A DNA stretch of 64,000 bases from the human T2T-CHM13v2.0 reference genome, Homo sapiens. The notes under the pieces are model-generated. The model did not search any database. It had not been told where the DNA came from and saw nothing but the letters and a program-made list of their open reading frames with translations. Within the stretch, counting starts at the first letter, position 1; every line of letters starts with the position of its first letter. Shown here piece by piece: positions 36,851 through 54,988 of this stretch. A program made the translations under genes and the position numbers. The stretch covers positions 27,104,001-27,168,000 of the forward strand of contig CP086569.2 in assembly GCA_009914755.4 (NCBI GenBank), written 5' to 3'.

Positions 36851-37033
36851 CTCCTCTTCTCCCTGGCTTCCACAGAGGAATCTGTTCCAGTAATGGAGAG
36901 CACAGGAGTAGCTGTAACCCCATTGGCAGTGCTAGGCAGAGGGCGATTGGTGATCACACAGAACGGGGTGCTAGAAGAGACATTGTCTGCTGTTTTCTCT
37001 GCTGTTGAGTCAGCCTGGGATTTGTGAGGAGTC
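36851..37033 (-). CDS. PPP1R12B: MYPT-family exon: (R)TPHKSQADSTAEKTADNVSSSTPFCVITNRPLPSTANGVTATPVLSITGTDSSVEAREKR(R)
   Basis: Minus ORF 36751-37089. Acceptor is aaatttcag|G and donor is GAGGAG|gtatgt. Length is 183 nt. Confidence 0.75.
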
Positions 37034-38679
37034 CTGAAATTTAAAAAGGTACAAGCAGAAAGGAAATGGTTAGGCACACTATACAACAAAGCACTGGCAC
37101 AGAGACAGAAGGATTAAAGAGTGGTTCATCTCGGAAATCTTGCTCTGATTTTGTTTGTTGGTTTCTTAATTTTGAGCTCTTACAGCTTGCTTGGAATAGT
37201 ATAATTACATGTTTAGTCTGACATCCTTTGCCTGAGGAGTCACATTTTATGAGACTTGTATGTGTATGTGTGTGCCTGAGATTTCGTTTTAATAAAAATC
37301 ATTAGCTGTGGCACAAGGCAAGATAGTGACATATGCAAGAGTGTTTTAAATGACTCCCCAGTAGCACCTGGTCTCCACACATGCACATGGAGACAGGGCC
37401 TCTCTACACAAGAAAAAGACATTAAAGTCACTTACAATATTAGTCTCCACCTGTTCCTTAATTCTTGGCAGTGGGAGTCTTTGTGGTAGTCCTCAGCCTA
37501 GATTTGATGACCATCTTCTTGGATTATCCAGAGACAACTGATACTCTACAGTCTCAGTATGCTTAGTTCTCCCTCACCTAGTTCAGCAACTGCTCTCTCT
37601 TTCCATTTAACCAAATGCCTAATTGTCTATATTCATAACTGCAAAAGTGAGAAATTGAAAGAAAAACCAAACTGGATTCTATAAGTATCCTTAACCACAG
37701 ACTTTTCAACAGCAAGCTGTATAATTAAACTCATTTACATGAATACAAGATCTTTGTTTCTTGACAAAGAGTTGGGAGCAACCATTGGCTCTCCACACAA
37801 AAAGCTATCATTTGTGATGTCACAGCTGTTGCTGGGGTAACAGAGGTCCAAAACTGATACAGAGATAGAGAAAGCAATGAAAAGCACAAATATTAAAAAT
37901 CTATTTTTTTCACCTACTCACAATTATTAGCAGAAATGTTCACGGGTAGCTCGAAGCTTACTTCCAAATAATCAAATTATGAGCTTGAAAAAAAATAAAA
38001 ACATAAAAATATAAATATGGTACCTAGATACAAACATAAAAGCAGAATATTTTAAAAGATAGATATAATATCTAAAAAACACATGCTACTTCTCCAGAAG
38101 CAATTAATGACTAAGAAAAAAGGTGAAATTTTATAGTCTGTTTTAATAAAAAAAGAAAAGGCAAAAAATTCCTCAGACTTACAAGATATGAATCTATAGG
38201 AAGTACTAATAAAATTAGCTAGACACACAGCTATAAAAAATTACACTTAACCAAACCTTACCTGAAGTTCTTTTTAGGTTAATAACACGTTTTGGTCTCA
38301 CTGTAATTTCTTATGCTTTTGAAATGCCAAGGATTTTATTTTATTAAATTACATAATAGGACTTTTAGTATTATTTTGAAATGCAGTGTAATTTTACAAG
38401 TAGATTGTTAGAATAAGAACAGCCCTAGAGCAGAGATCAGAGGATATGCAATGGAGTAGAATAAATATGGGCTTTGGAAACACAACATTTGCTTAAATGT
38501 AGACTCTCTGATCTCTTCTTCATTGACAAAATAGAGATAGTGGCATCTTAAAATACAGAGTTCTTCTAATGATTAAATAAAATAATGTCGGCAGGACACC
38601 TAAAATAGTACCCAGAATAAAATATAAACTCAGCAGATACAAACAGTGACAAAATAGGTAAGAGCTTTGAAATGTACAA

Positions 38680-38800
38680 ATCTGAGTTCAAATCCTATCT
38701 CAGTCCCTCACTAGCTGTGTGACCTTGGGCAGATGATTAACCTTTTGGTCTGAGTTTCCTCATCTATAAAATAATACTTCATATAATAGGGGGCTCATTA
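38680..38800 (+). mobile_element. MIR SINE fragment
   Basis: ...tcactagctgtgtgaccttgggcagatgattaaccttttggtctgagtttcctcatctataaaataat... (MIR core). Confidence 0.6.
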
Positions 38801-39463
38801 TAAGAGAATAGATGATATATGTATGCATGAGACAGCTAGTTGTCCAACCCATATCCATTGTCCCTTTCTTCTTTATGAACTGAATCCCTATATCATTGAG
38901 GGCAGCAGTATACCTAGTTAAAAGTCCACACTTCTCAAAGTCTCCTGGCCACTAGAGCTATCCAGTGAGACATATGCAGACAACTAGTACTTCTGGGAAA
39001 ATTCTCAGTTCAGAAGCATTCTTTCTTTGTCTGCCTCCTTCTTTCCTCTTCCTTCTTCCCTAGAGTACTGCCATGATAGCTAGAGCTCCAGCAGTTATTC
39101 TGGACCATCAGGCAACCCATGGAAATGGCAGCCATGATGCAAGAACTGTGGAGCAGAAAGAACCTGGATCCTTTAATGACTGTGGAGCTACTAAGCCAGC
39201 TCTGCCTATTTCTGGACTTTCTTAAGTGCAAGAAAAAAAACAAAAACCTTTATCTTATTTAAGCCACTACTATTTAGATTTATTGTTACATATGAGCAAA
39301 CTAAATCCCAGTATAATACCCAACCAAATGCCTGTCACATAATGGGGTCCAACAAATGGCAGCTGTAACTATTTTCTCAGCTGCAGCTCTTAATAGTTAT
39401 AGTAATAGCAATATAGTATTATTATATAATATATAATATTATATATGTAAAATATAGTAATAC

Positions 39464-39875
<412 letters not shown>

Positions 39876-40506
39876 TCAGCTATGGTGATAATAGTTAACA
39901 TGTCTATGCAACTGGATTATTATAAGGACCTAATAAATTTACCCATAATTATACAGTATTATTATTAATAATCCATCATAAACCCTTCCCTCGTGGCTGA
40001 ATTAATGATCACTGCTTATTTTAGGGAAAGAAATCTAGTAAACTGACAAATATCAATCAAGCACCATCACTGGTGTTCCTGCAACAACACTATCATTAAG
40101 ATTTTTTTCATTTTCTTTATCAGTTGTAGACAGACCCAAAAAAAGGAGACCCTTTGCCACCACACATAAAGGATTAAAAGCCACAGTTAAAACTACAGCT
40201 AAAGTCCTAATGTATTTTCACAATAACATTCTACCATGCTATCCCTTAGATGAACTAGAAACCAAGAAGATACTGCCCCCAGAACACAGTTTAGACAAAC
40301 ACAAATCTGTCCCTTTTCACAATGTTTCCAGGAAAATACTCTCGTTGGCTGTAATAACAACTTTGACCCTAAGAGCTTCTGCAAGATCTCATCTTCTCTG
40401 CCTCTTAGCATACTGACATTTTGGAATTTGGTCTCTATGCCGTTTACCAACCCGGAGTAAGGAGAGTTGGATTCCTCACATAAGAATTATTATCTTTTCT
40501 TTTTAA

Positions 40507-40612
40507 ATTTTTTTGTAGAGACAGGGTCTTGCTATGTTGCCCAAGCTGGTCTTGAACTTCAAGCAAGCCACCGCATTTGGCCTCCCAAAGTGCTAAGGCA
40601 CTGTACCCAGCA
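40507..40612 (-). mobile_element. Alu left-monomer fragment
   Basis: gtagagacagggtcttgctatgttgcccaagctggtcttgaacttcaagcaagccaccgcatttggcctcccaaagtgctaaggcactgtacccagc. Confidence 0.6.
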
Positions 40613-40830
40613 TTCACCTAAGAATTCTTTGTGCACCTTATCATATGGCTACACAGGAATTGGTAGATACAGTCTAACATAGCTCACAGTTTTTACATCA
40701 GGTGGTCACTGGCAATTTGATATCTTATCCTTGAAAACTAAACTTCAAGCTCTTTTTGGAGTCCTGTGAGGCCTGGCTAGCTCTCTGACAAGGAGATAGA
40801 GGATCTTTACTATGAACATCTTTGCATTAC

Positions 40831-40970
40831 CTGCCTGCTTCTCAGTTTCTGACTCAGAAGCTTCATCTTCACCTTCCTCCTCCTCTGAGCTGGAGCTACT
40901 AGATTCTTTGTTTTCTTCCTCCATTTCTTGGGACTTAGGTGTCTCCTCCTCATAGAGCATCTTCTCTTTG
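40831..40970 (-). CDS. PPP1R12B: MYPT-family exon, acidic/Ser-rich central region: (N)KEKMLYEEETPKSQEMEEENKESSSSSSEEEEGEDEASESETEKQA(G)
   Basis: Minus ORF 40745-40960. Acceptor is aatttag|C and donor is GCAG|gtaatg. Length is 140 nt, phase 2 in and phase 1 out. Confidence 0.75.
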
Positions 40971-41626
40971 CTAAATTAAAAATGACAACTTGAGTATAAT
41001 TCAGAAATGATAATCAGGTATAATAAAGGGAACAAGTCTATAAACTTATATGTGGAAGCAATAACAGAAACATATTTAAATTCTTCTTTACATCTGTGTG
41101 TTCTTCCAAACCCTTCATTTTTGCAGACTAAGATTTAGTATTTGATGACAGAGTACGGCTCAAGGAAATCTGGCCTGTTTAACACACAGACAAAAGGAGA
41201 ACTATGAATTTTGATGACAGTGGATAAATATTCAAAAAAATCATTTAACAAATGTTTACTGAGTACTTATTACATGCCAGGAATCATGCTAGGCACTGGT
41301 ATAGTCATAAACAAAATAGACATTGTCTCTGAGTTCATGAAACTTACAGTAAGTAGAGGCAGAAGTTGAGACTAAGAGCGCCTAAGCCAGGATTTTAAAA
41401 TGCTGCACACTGTCTCAATTAATTCTGAAGTTTAAAACACAGTCAACCATCCTTAGTGTCTCCCTCACATATCAATGCCACTCTCTTGTCCCACAAAGTT
41501 TCCCACAAGTTTATAGATCATTTGGCTAAATACAAACAGAGTTTCTTCACTTTATAAATTCTGAAGTTAAGTATGTCACTGACACAGAGCAAAGCTCATC
41601 CCATTACTCAAGCCTAAATGTCTTAC

Positions 41627-41706
41627 TTCTTAAAGAACCCACTCTGAATCTTGCTGTTCAGATCTTACTCAATGACTTTATTCCATGTCTCCTTTTCACT
41701 TTGAAG
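41627..41706 (-). CDS. PPP1R12B: MYPT-family exon-homologous segment LQSEKETWNKVIE*DLNSKIQSGFFK(N), carrying an in-frame TAA at 41665-41667
   Basis: Acceptor is ttccag|CTTCAAAGTG and donor is AAGAA|gtaaga. Phase 0 in and phase 2 out joins precisely to the next exon (AA+C = N, then KEKMLYEE). The product matches my recollection of the MYPT2 segment LRSEKETRNKLIESDLNSKIQSGFFKN, except for substitutions and a stop at the expected Ser codon. Confidence 0.65.
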
Positions 41707-43547
41707 CTGGAAATGGAGAAAACGAGAGAAAAGGGAAGAAGTTGACTATTGGTGAAAAATCAGCAGTATTGAGAACCAAAATGGTAATGTTATTCTGAAG
41801 AAAATAGGACCAACACAAAAGAGGTAGTGGGGAACCTGAGAAAAAGAGAAACATATCAGTTGGGTCTCCTTAGATGACAGAACTCATCCAAGGTAGAAGA
41901 GAAAAGCCATGGTGTTAAGAACTTCAATAAAACTGCTCCTATCAAATATCCAAACCTAATCTTCAAAAAAAAAAAAGTCTAGATTCTCAAGAATAAAAAG
42001 CCAAAAGGAACCTGAAAGAATTCTTTATGATTCATATACTGAAATAAGTTGGCAATATTTCTAAAGAAAACACAGGTACCGAATGGGAAATAAGCCCTTA
42101 GGGAAAACGGTCTGCTATTTAGATGCATGCTCTAGATAAAATGTATTCATATCCCTGGAACTCAAAGTTATGCAGAGGGCAAAGATAAGTACTATTCCCA
42201 CTGGTGTAGAAATACTATTTCATGAATAATACTATTTCATGAATAATACTATTGATGTTCAAAAACCTTACCATGCTAGGTACAGAATACACAGGAACTC
42301 TCTATTTTTGCAACTTCCATGTGAGTCTAAACTTCTTCCAGAAAAAGTTTTTAAAATTACAAGAACCTAACTGTGCAAAGTATACAACTTATAATCAGGA
42401 AGGCTGTTGCTGCTAAATAACAGCATTGACACTGCATTTGAAAATCCTAGTTTCAGTGATCCTGACTGCTCAACAAAGAGAACAAAATGAACTTTAAGTT
42501 GTGTTTGTCTGAGCTTTATGTATGTGACTTTTCCACTGAGCCTTAAAATAACCAGAATCTTCACTTTACCATACCAGACATAATGCTGAACACAACAGAG
42601 ATTAGGTATGGTTGATCTGTCCCATCATTGAGCTATATAGTTCTTTGATTCAGAACCGCTGTTTTCCACATTTGTCCTAAACTTTAGTTTACATTACCTG
42701 AGTGACAACACGTGCAGAAGAAACAAAAACAAAAACAAAAAAAGTCATTGATTTTTTTTTGCCCCTAATGTCCCACCCTAATGTCATTGATCTTTATTCT
42801 CCCCAACTCAAATTATTCATCTGCTTTATGAGTAAAAAATATGGCTTATTCACTCTTCATCCATATATTGGGTGGGTTTTCCATTGTGCAGTCTGAACAA
42901 AAATACCATACTTATGTAGTTCTCCTGTATAGCACTAATTAAGCCAAAGACATGCATGACCAAACTAGCATGACCAAACTATAAAAGATTCAAAATGAGG
43001 AGCAGAGAAAGGAGGACTGAATTGTAGATGTTTCATAAAACTGGAGTAAGTATGAATCACTGACCAAATACTCTCCTATATGAAATAACGGTTTTAGTAT
43101 TATGTGTATTTACTTATTTTTTAAGAAATGTATTCTTCTCTGTGATAAATGTGCTTAAATAAAGATAGTCTTTTAGTCAATAAGAAAAAGAAAAGCTACG
43201 AGGTATCCTCCACTCTGGTACTTTCTATTTGGAAAAACATCTGATTTGAACATATCACATTCATTTTCTAGAACTCAAGTGTAATTATTAGTTTTTTGTG
43301 GCTGTTTTTAACTTTCAGCTCCTTGAAGTCTATCTTATAATGAGCAAAAAACCTGAACAATAATGGTTTCTGGGATATATTCTTCTAACAGACTGTTTAC
43401 AGTTCCTGAAGGGAACAATTAACATGTCTGGAATGCAGATATGTCCATTTCAACTCTCAGCAGACACAACTGAAACAAGTGATTGAGATACTTGATGTGA
43501 ACTGCAAACTATTAGAAAACTTTTGAAAGCACCAATCAGAAACTCAC

Positions 43548-43621
43548 CACATTCTGCTTCTTCTGGAGCATCTCCAAATGCTCCACGAGACCCTCATCAG
43601 CCACATCAAATGGTGTCTGGC
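43548..43621 (-). CDS. PPP1R12B: MYPT-family exon: (S)QTPFDVADEGLVEHLEMLQKKQNV
   Basis: Acceptor is ctccttttctctgccag|GCCAGACACCA, with a second AG 5 nt downstream at 43617 as an alternative. Donor is AATGTG|gtgagtt. Phase is consistent with the 2-nt start only when the upstream donor is at 45275. Confidence 0.6.
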
Positions 43622-44205
43622 CTGGCAGAGAAAAGGAGCACCATGACTGATAGAAAACAGAAGCAGCAATTACATGACTTTATTAGGGAACTATTCAATA
43701 GTCACTTTTTGCCTTTGACTCCAATAATAGCTGCTTTTCAAACTAATCTACCATACATTATGGTAACACATTCATCTATCACACAGATCACATAACAAGA
43801 AACACCAAATCCTTTAAATATAGAGTTTGTACAAGAGTATTGTAGAAATCACACCATTTCTAATCCTTACTGCCACCTGGCAAATAATCAAGTGAAGTCC
43901 CTACTTGTATCTGTTCTAAAATGGTCTTAATTGCTATGATAAATTCCAAAAAGGGCTCTTCAAAACTTCAGAGGGAAGTTCAGGGCGCATGTTTAATAAA
44001 GATTAAATCACAGGAATCATCTTCCTTTAAGTGAGGGGAGGACTGACAAGAAAGTTAATTCTTTCAGGAAGCATCAGCATAATTAAGAACCCTGACCCAT
44101 AGTCTGAGAATGAAACCTGGGTTCAGGAGAGATGTGATGCAGATAAGAATATCTTCTAATTAAAAGGCCATGTCTCTGCACTACTAGAAAATCAGTATAT
44201 ATATG

Positions 44206-44508
44206 GGCTGGGCACAGTGGCTCACACCTGTAATCCCAACAATTTGGGATTACTCAGTATTATTGAATATTCACTTTTTGCCTTTAATTCCAATAAAAAC
44301 TGCTTCCCTAACTAGTCTACCATACATTATGATAATACCTTCATCTATCACAGAGGACACATAATGAGAAACACCAAATCCTTTAAACACAGAGTTTGGG
44401 ATTACAAGTGGCAAGGCTGGGGAATCACTTGAGCCCAGGAGTTTGAGACCAGCTGGGAAACCAGTGAGACCCCCCATCTCTACCATAAAAAAAATTAATT
44501 TAATTAAA
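44206..44508 (+). mobile_element. FLAM-like Alu monomer split by a ~150-bp insert at 44251-44402
   Basis: ggctgggcacagtggctcacacctgtaatcccaacaatttggga | insert | ...ggcaaggctggggaatcacttgagcccaggagtttgagaccagctgggaaaccagtgagaccccccatctctaccataaaaaaaa. Confidence 0.6.
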
Positions 44509-44517
44509 ATAAAATCA

Positions 44518-44917
<400 letters not shown>

Positions 44918-45274
44918 TCATTATAACATTTTAATGACTCACATGAATACAGCAACAATAAAATCTTTCATACCTCACCACAGACAGTAACATTAGGCTC
45001 CTCAAAGCTCATTTTTTTGCCAAGAACAAATATTTTTTTCCTGTTTTAGAGGCTTGAACATAAATACAATCAGAAGGTCCATGGAGTTTTATTTTAAATA
45101 ACAAACATAACTCTGTGTTAATAGGGCCAGAGGCAGGGTGGTGGAGGGTAACATAGCTACCAGTGATGTATATTTCACCACAACAGTCAGACTGCCATTG
45201 AATAGAGATGTTAAGCCTTTTATTCTAGAGACCCAGCCACCAATCTCGTTGTTCTTTTAGAGGTTCAGGCTCAC

Positions 45275-45423
45275 TAACCAGTTTTTTTCGAATATCCATG
45301 TCACAAAGTGCTTCTGCCAGGATGGAGCAAGCCTCTTTCACTCCCCAGTGTGCAGCAGCATGGAGGGGAGTCCAGCCATCATAATCCTGAACATTGAGTT
45401 CATAGCCAGCCTGAATTAAAAGT
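45275..45423 (-). CDS. PPP1R12B: MYPT-family exon, ankyrin repeat: (R)LLIQAGYELNVQDYDGWTPLHAAAHWGVKEACSILAEALCDMDIRKKL(V)
   Basis: Minus ORF 45225-45440. Acceptor is tttttag|A. The 3' end is ambiguous. The preferred donor is CTGGTTA|gtgagc at 45275. An alternative is CTG|gttagt at 45279. See the finding on this junction. Confidence 0.7.
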
Positions 45424-46736
45424 CTAAAAAGAAAACCCAAAACAAGACATATATCTCCTGTATATTACAGTTTTCTGGCAAATACACTATTACCTAATTG
45501 ATATTTCAGATTTTGGCCCTGAACCACAGGGGTCTTATGATTACTTCTGCCCTCTAAGGCACGGTTTGGGTTTCATATTTACTATTTTGTGTACCAATCA
45601 TAGATGACCTTTACCAATCCTCTCCAAAAAGTCATAAGATATTTCCTAGGCATATCCATGTTATACCATACAAGGGGAGTATACGGAAACATATGTACCT
45701 AAGATTAAGCAAAGCATAATTCAATTAGCCAAATCACATAACTCTGTTAAAGATACATTTTCCATTTTCCAGTGCAGGGAAGAAGTAATATATAAAATGA
45801 AGATTCTCATAGGCTGTGGTCATTCTGTCTATCTGTAATAGTGTCAACAATAAAGATAAAGTTTAAAAAAATAAAATAAAATGAAGACTCAATTCTCTTC
45901 AGGGTATTTTCTCAACTAGCTTTCTGGTTGGTCTTTCTAGGACACTATATTTACCATATATCCACATATCTCCAACTTTTTGCTAACTATAAAGCTGTAA
46001 TTTAACTTGTATGCATGGAAGAGAAAAGATTTGACTCCTGAAGACCCAAACTACATTGGGGCCCTTATGGATAGCACTATCAGGCAGAAATGGAGCACCA
46101 AAACACTGCTATACCTATTAGAAACCCTGCATTGGGTGAAATATGAAATACTGGAAGAGTCCAGTTAACAACTGCACATATAATGCCTCTGGCAACCCAT
46201 GTATCTGGGAAAGCCTGTGAACATTAAGTACCAAGAGCTACAAGAAGCGTGTATGGATGTAAGGAAAAATGGAACAGACAGAGTGGTAGAGTCCAAATCC
46301 CTCATATAAGTTTGGCTATCCTGTGCCAGCTGGACACTGCATACTCAAGATCTATATAATTAATCTAATGACACAAAAGAAATTATATAAGTCAAAATGG
46401 AACAAATGATCACAAGTATTACAGGTCACAAGAAGAGGTCATTGCAGGGATATTAAGGACAAATCAGAGAACTGGAAGAAGTCCCCTCCTAGGACCATGT
46501 ACCTCAACTCTGTTTCACAACATACATGTTAGTGAGAAGCTAGAGGAATGGTAGGAGGGAGGGAGACAATCCATGGATGAATACCAGCAAAATGTGAGAA
46601 AAGACTGCACAATCAGAGAGGAAACCAACAAAAAAGGAAACACGTCATAGCGGAAAATCTAATTCAGCCTCTGCTTCCAAAACCTATTTCATCTTCTCCC
46701 AGTGAACCACTCCTGATTGATGTAAATGGACAATAC

Positions 46737-46896
46737 CTGAGGACTTCAGAGTAGCCCTTGGCAGCAGCCACATGAAGGGCTGTAGCCCCGGAGCGAGCCT
46801 GCCTCACATCCTCTATTTTCCCACTGTTGAGCCACTGGTGGGCATCCTGCAACATCTGCTGCTCTTCTTCTTTTCTTGACTGCTCCAGATCAACTC
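46737..46896 (-). CDS. PPP1R12B: MYPT-family exon: (G)VDLEQSRKEEEQQMLQDAHQWLNSGKIEDVRQARSGATALHVAAAKGYSEVL(R)
   Basis: Minus ORF 46664-46855 plus upstream codons. Acceptor is tctgtag|GA and donor is CTCAG|gtattg. Carries the ANK motif GATALHVAAAKGY. Confidence 0.8.
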
Positions 46897-47634
46897 CTAC
46901 AGAAACCAGACACCAGATAGCCAGGATTACTAAAGCTCCACTTAAGTTTGACAGGATATTTTCTTTAGATTAAAGCACATCATAAACATAAATACAAATA
47001 ACAGTTTAGCCATCAAATTGGGTAATTATCAAATTTAGAAGATCAATGGCATTTGTACACATATTAATGGTCTTACAGGATTAAATCATCAGGTTAAATA
47101 TTATGTGATATAGATCCATTAAGGGAATGCACCTAAAATTGTTTCCAACAGAACATAAAGATAAAGGGGACATTATTTTTACATTATAATATTTGTACAA
47201 AGCTATAAAGTCTTTTTACATGTTATATGACTTTAGTTTCCCAACAATCCTTCAAGGTAAATATAATAGATATTACAGTCTTCATTTAACAGATGAGGAA
47301 ATAAAAATAGAAAGATTAGGAATCTTGCTCAAAGGCACAAAACACATTAGTGACAGAGCTTGCCACTAGAACTCTGATATCCTGGGTCCCTCTCTGTCAT
47401 TCCTCTTCTGGGTCCCTATCCACTCACTATACCATAGGATTAGTATCCAAAATTTTGGTTTCAGGTATTGATATACTTTAAAAATTGAACTATCTCTAAA
47501 GTTCATTTCCATATACAGGTAAATACACTGACTTGAAGCTATATAATCTAGGACAGATTAGTAGGTGATCTGCAGTTTAAAAACCTGTCTGCTTTCAAGG
47601 GAATGCAGATTTTGTTTTCCTTAAAAACATTATG

Positions 47635-48541
47635 GGGGAGAGGAGCCAAGATGGCCGAATAGGAACAGCTGCAGTCTACATCTCCCAGCGTGAGTGACGA
47701 AGAAGACAGGTGATTTCTGCATTTCCATCTGAGATACTGGGCTCCTCTCACTAGGGAGTGCCAGACAGTGGGCGCAGGTCAGTGGGTGCACGCACGGTGT
47801 GCAAGCCGAAGCAGGGCAAGGCATTGCCTCACTCGGGAAGCACAGGGGGTCAGGGAGTTCCCTTTCCTAGTCAAAGAAAGGGGTGACAGACGGCACCTGG
47901 AAGATCAGGTCACTCCCACCCGAATACTGCGCTTTTCCGACGGGCTTAAAAAATGGCGCACTAAGAGTTATATCCTGCACCTGGCTCGGAGGGTCCTACG
48001 CCCACGGAGTCTTGCTGATTGCTAGCACAGCAGTCTGAGATCAAACTGCAAGGAGGCAGCGAGGCTGGGGGAGAGGCGCCCGCCATTGCCCAGGCTTGCT
48101 TAGGTAAACAAAGCAGCCAGGAAGCTCGAACTGGGTGGAGCCCACCACAGCTCAAGGATGCCTGCCTGCCTCTGTAGGCTCCACCTCTGGGGGCAGGGAA
48201 CAGAAAAACAAAAAGACAGCAGTAACCTCTGCAGACTTAAATGTCCCTGTCTGACAGCTTTGAAGAGAGCAGTGGTTCTCCCAGCATGCAGCTAGAGATC
48301 TGAGAACAGTCAGACTGCCTCCTCAAGTGGGTCCCTGACCCCTGACCCCCAAGCAGCCTAACTGGGAGGCACCTCCTAGCAGGGGCAGACTGACACCTCA
48401 CAAGGCCGGGTACTCCAACAGATCTGCAGCTGAGGGTCCTTTCTGTTAGAAGGAAAACTAACAAACAGAAAGGACATCCACACCAAAAACCCATCTGTAC
48501 ATCACCATCATCAAAGACCAAAAGTAGATAAAACCACAAAG
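47635..48541 (+). promoter_or_regulatory. L1 5'UTR with internal sense (and antisense) promoter; CpG-rich
   Basis: Canonical L1PA 5'UTR sequence upstream of the ORF1 ATG at 48542. This is the only CpG-dense segment in the window. Confidence 0.6.
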
Positions 48542-49550
48542 ATGGGGAAAAAAACAGAGCAGAAAAACTGGAAACTTTAAAAAGCAGAGCGCCTCTCCTC
48601 CTCCAAAGGAACGCAGTTCCTCACCAGCAATGGAACAAAGCTGGATGGAAAATGACTTTGACGATCTGAGAGAAGAAGGCTTCAGACAATCAAATTACTC
48701 CGAGCTACAGGAGGACATTCAAACCGAAGGCAAAGAAGTTGAAAACTTTGAAAAAAATTTAGAAGAATGTATAACTAGAATAACCAATACAGAAAAGTGC
48801 TTAAAAGAGCTGATGGAGCTGAAAACCAAGGCTCGAGAACTACGTGAAGAATGCAGAAGCCTCAGGAGCCGATGTGATCAACTGGAAGAAAGGGTATCAG
48901 CGATGGAAGATGAAATGAATGAAATGAAGCAAGAAGGGAAGTTTAGAGAAGAAAGAATGAAAAGAAATGAACAAAGCCTCCAAGAAATATGGGACTATAT
49001 GAAAAGACCAAATCTACGTCTGATTGGTGTACCTGAAAGTGACGGGGAGAATGGAACCAAGTTGGAAAACACTCTGCAGGATCCAGAAGAACTTACCCAA
49101 TCTAGCAAGGCAGGCCAACATTCAGATTCAGGAAATACAGAGAACACCACAAAGATACTCCTCGAGAAGAGCAACTCCAAGACACATAATTGTCAGATTC
49201 ACCAAAGTTGAAATGAAGGAAAAAATGTTAAGGGCAGCCAGAGAGAAAGGTCGTGTTACCCACAAAGGGAAGCCCATCAGACTAACAGTGGATCTCTTGG
49301 CAGAAACTCTACAAGCCAGAAGAGAGTGGGGGCCAACATTCAACATTCTTAAAGAAAAGAATTTTCAACCCAGAATTTCGTATACAGCCAAACTAAGATT
49401 CATAAGTGAAGGAGAAATAAAATACTTTACAGACAAGCAAATGCTGAGAGATTTTGTCACCACCAGGCCTGCCCTAAAAGAGCTCCTGAAGGAAGCGCTA
49501 AATGTGGAAAGGCACAACTGGTACCAGCTACTGCAAAATCATGCCAAAAT
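48542..49550 (+). pseudogene. L1 ORF1 (ORF1p, RNA-binding/coiled-coil) - disrupted
   Basis: ATGGGGAAAAAAACAGAG has an extra A, giving a stop 10 codons in. The rest matches ORF1p (MENDFDELREEGFR...). There is an internal deletion near 49080, and the terminal stop is mutated (atgtaTagacc). Confidence 0.85.
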
Positions 49551-49617
49551 GTATAGACCATCAAGACTAGCAAGAAACTGCATCAACTAATGAGCAAAAT
49601 AACCACCTAACATCATA

Positions 49618-53713
<4,096 letters not shown>

Positions 53714-54165
53714 GAACAATGAGAACACCTGGACACAGGAAGGGGAACATCACACTCTGGGGACTGTTGTGGGGTGGGGGGAGGGGGGAGGGATAGCATT
53801 CGGAGATATACCTAATGCTAGACGATGAGTTAGTGGGTGCAGCGCACCAGTGTGGCACATGTGTACATATGTAACTAACCTGCACATTGAGCACATGTAC
53901 CCTAAAACTTAAAGTGTAACAATAAAAAAAATACTATAAGAGAATACAAAAAAAAAAGAACATTATGAAAGAACTCCAGGAGTTCTTCCCTTTAGCCAAT
54001 AACTCACCAATAACTGTGCCAGTGAAAAGGGGTTAGGGTGAGGCATACCCCATTATACAAAATAATAAAATGTCCCAAATACAAACATACCCATTCAAAA
54101 AGTTTTACATTCATTAGCAGTCTTTGTGCTTGGTCTACTCCCTTTCAGCTCTTAAAAGAGAAACT

Positions 54166-54483
<318 letters not shown>

Positions 54484-54691
54484 CTACGTATTATCTGTGT
54501 GATTTTGGGAGATGGATGGGATGAAGAGGTAACCAATTTAAAACAGATCAGTACTCCAAACACAAAGAAATGTTAGCAGTGCTGGCAAATTAAACATATA
54601 TATGAATACCCCTTTCAATAGAGTATGTTCCCTCAATGAAGAGTCAGCAATCAAAACAGAAAAAAGTGGTTTCTCTAATCAAAACTATTTT

Positions 54692-54988
<297 letters not shown>

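Noticed and set aside
37380-37560. Possible minus-strand exon ending ...ACTAATATT|gtaagtgac at a strong donor (37431)
   Set aside because: All three frames upstream give no recognisable MYPT similarity (at best K-D-S-H... or S-R-L-R-T-T-T-K-T), and the acceptor is unclear. Similarity is too weak to call.
47760-48130. CpG-rich, GC-rich segment resembling a CpG-island promoter
   Set aside because: It is the internal 5'UTR of the L1PA element and is annotated as the L1 promoter, not a host-gene CpG island.
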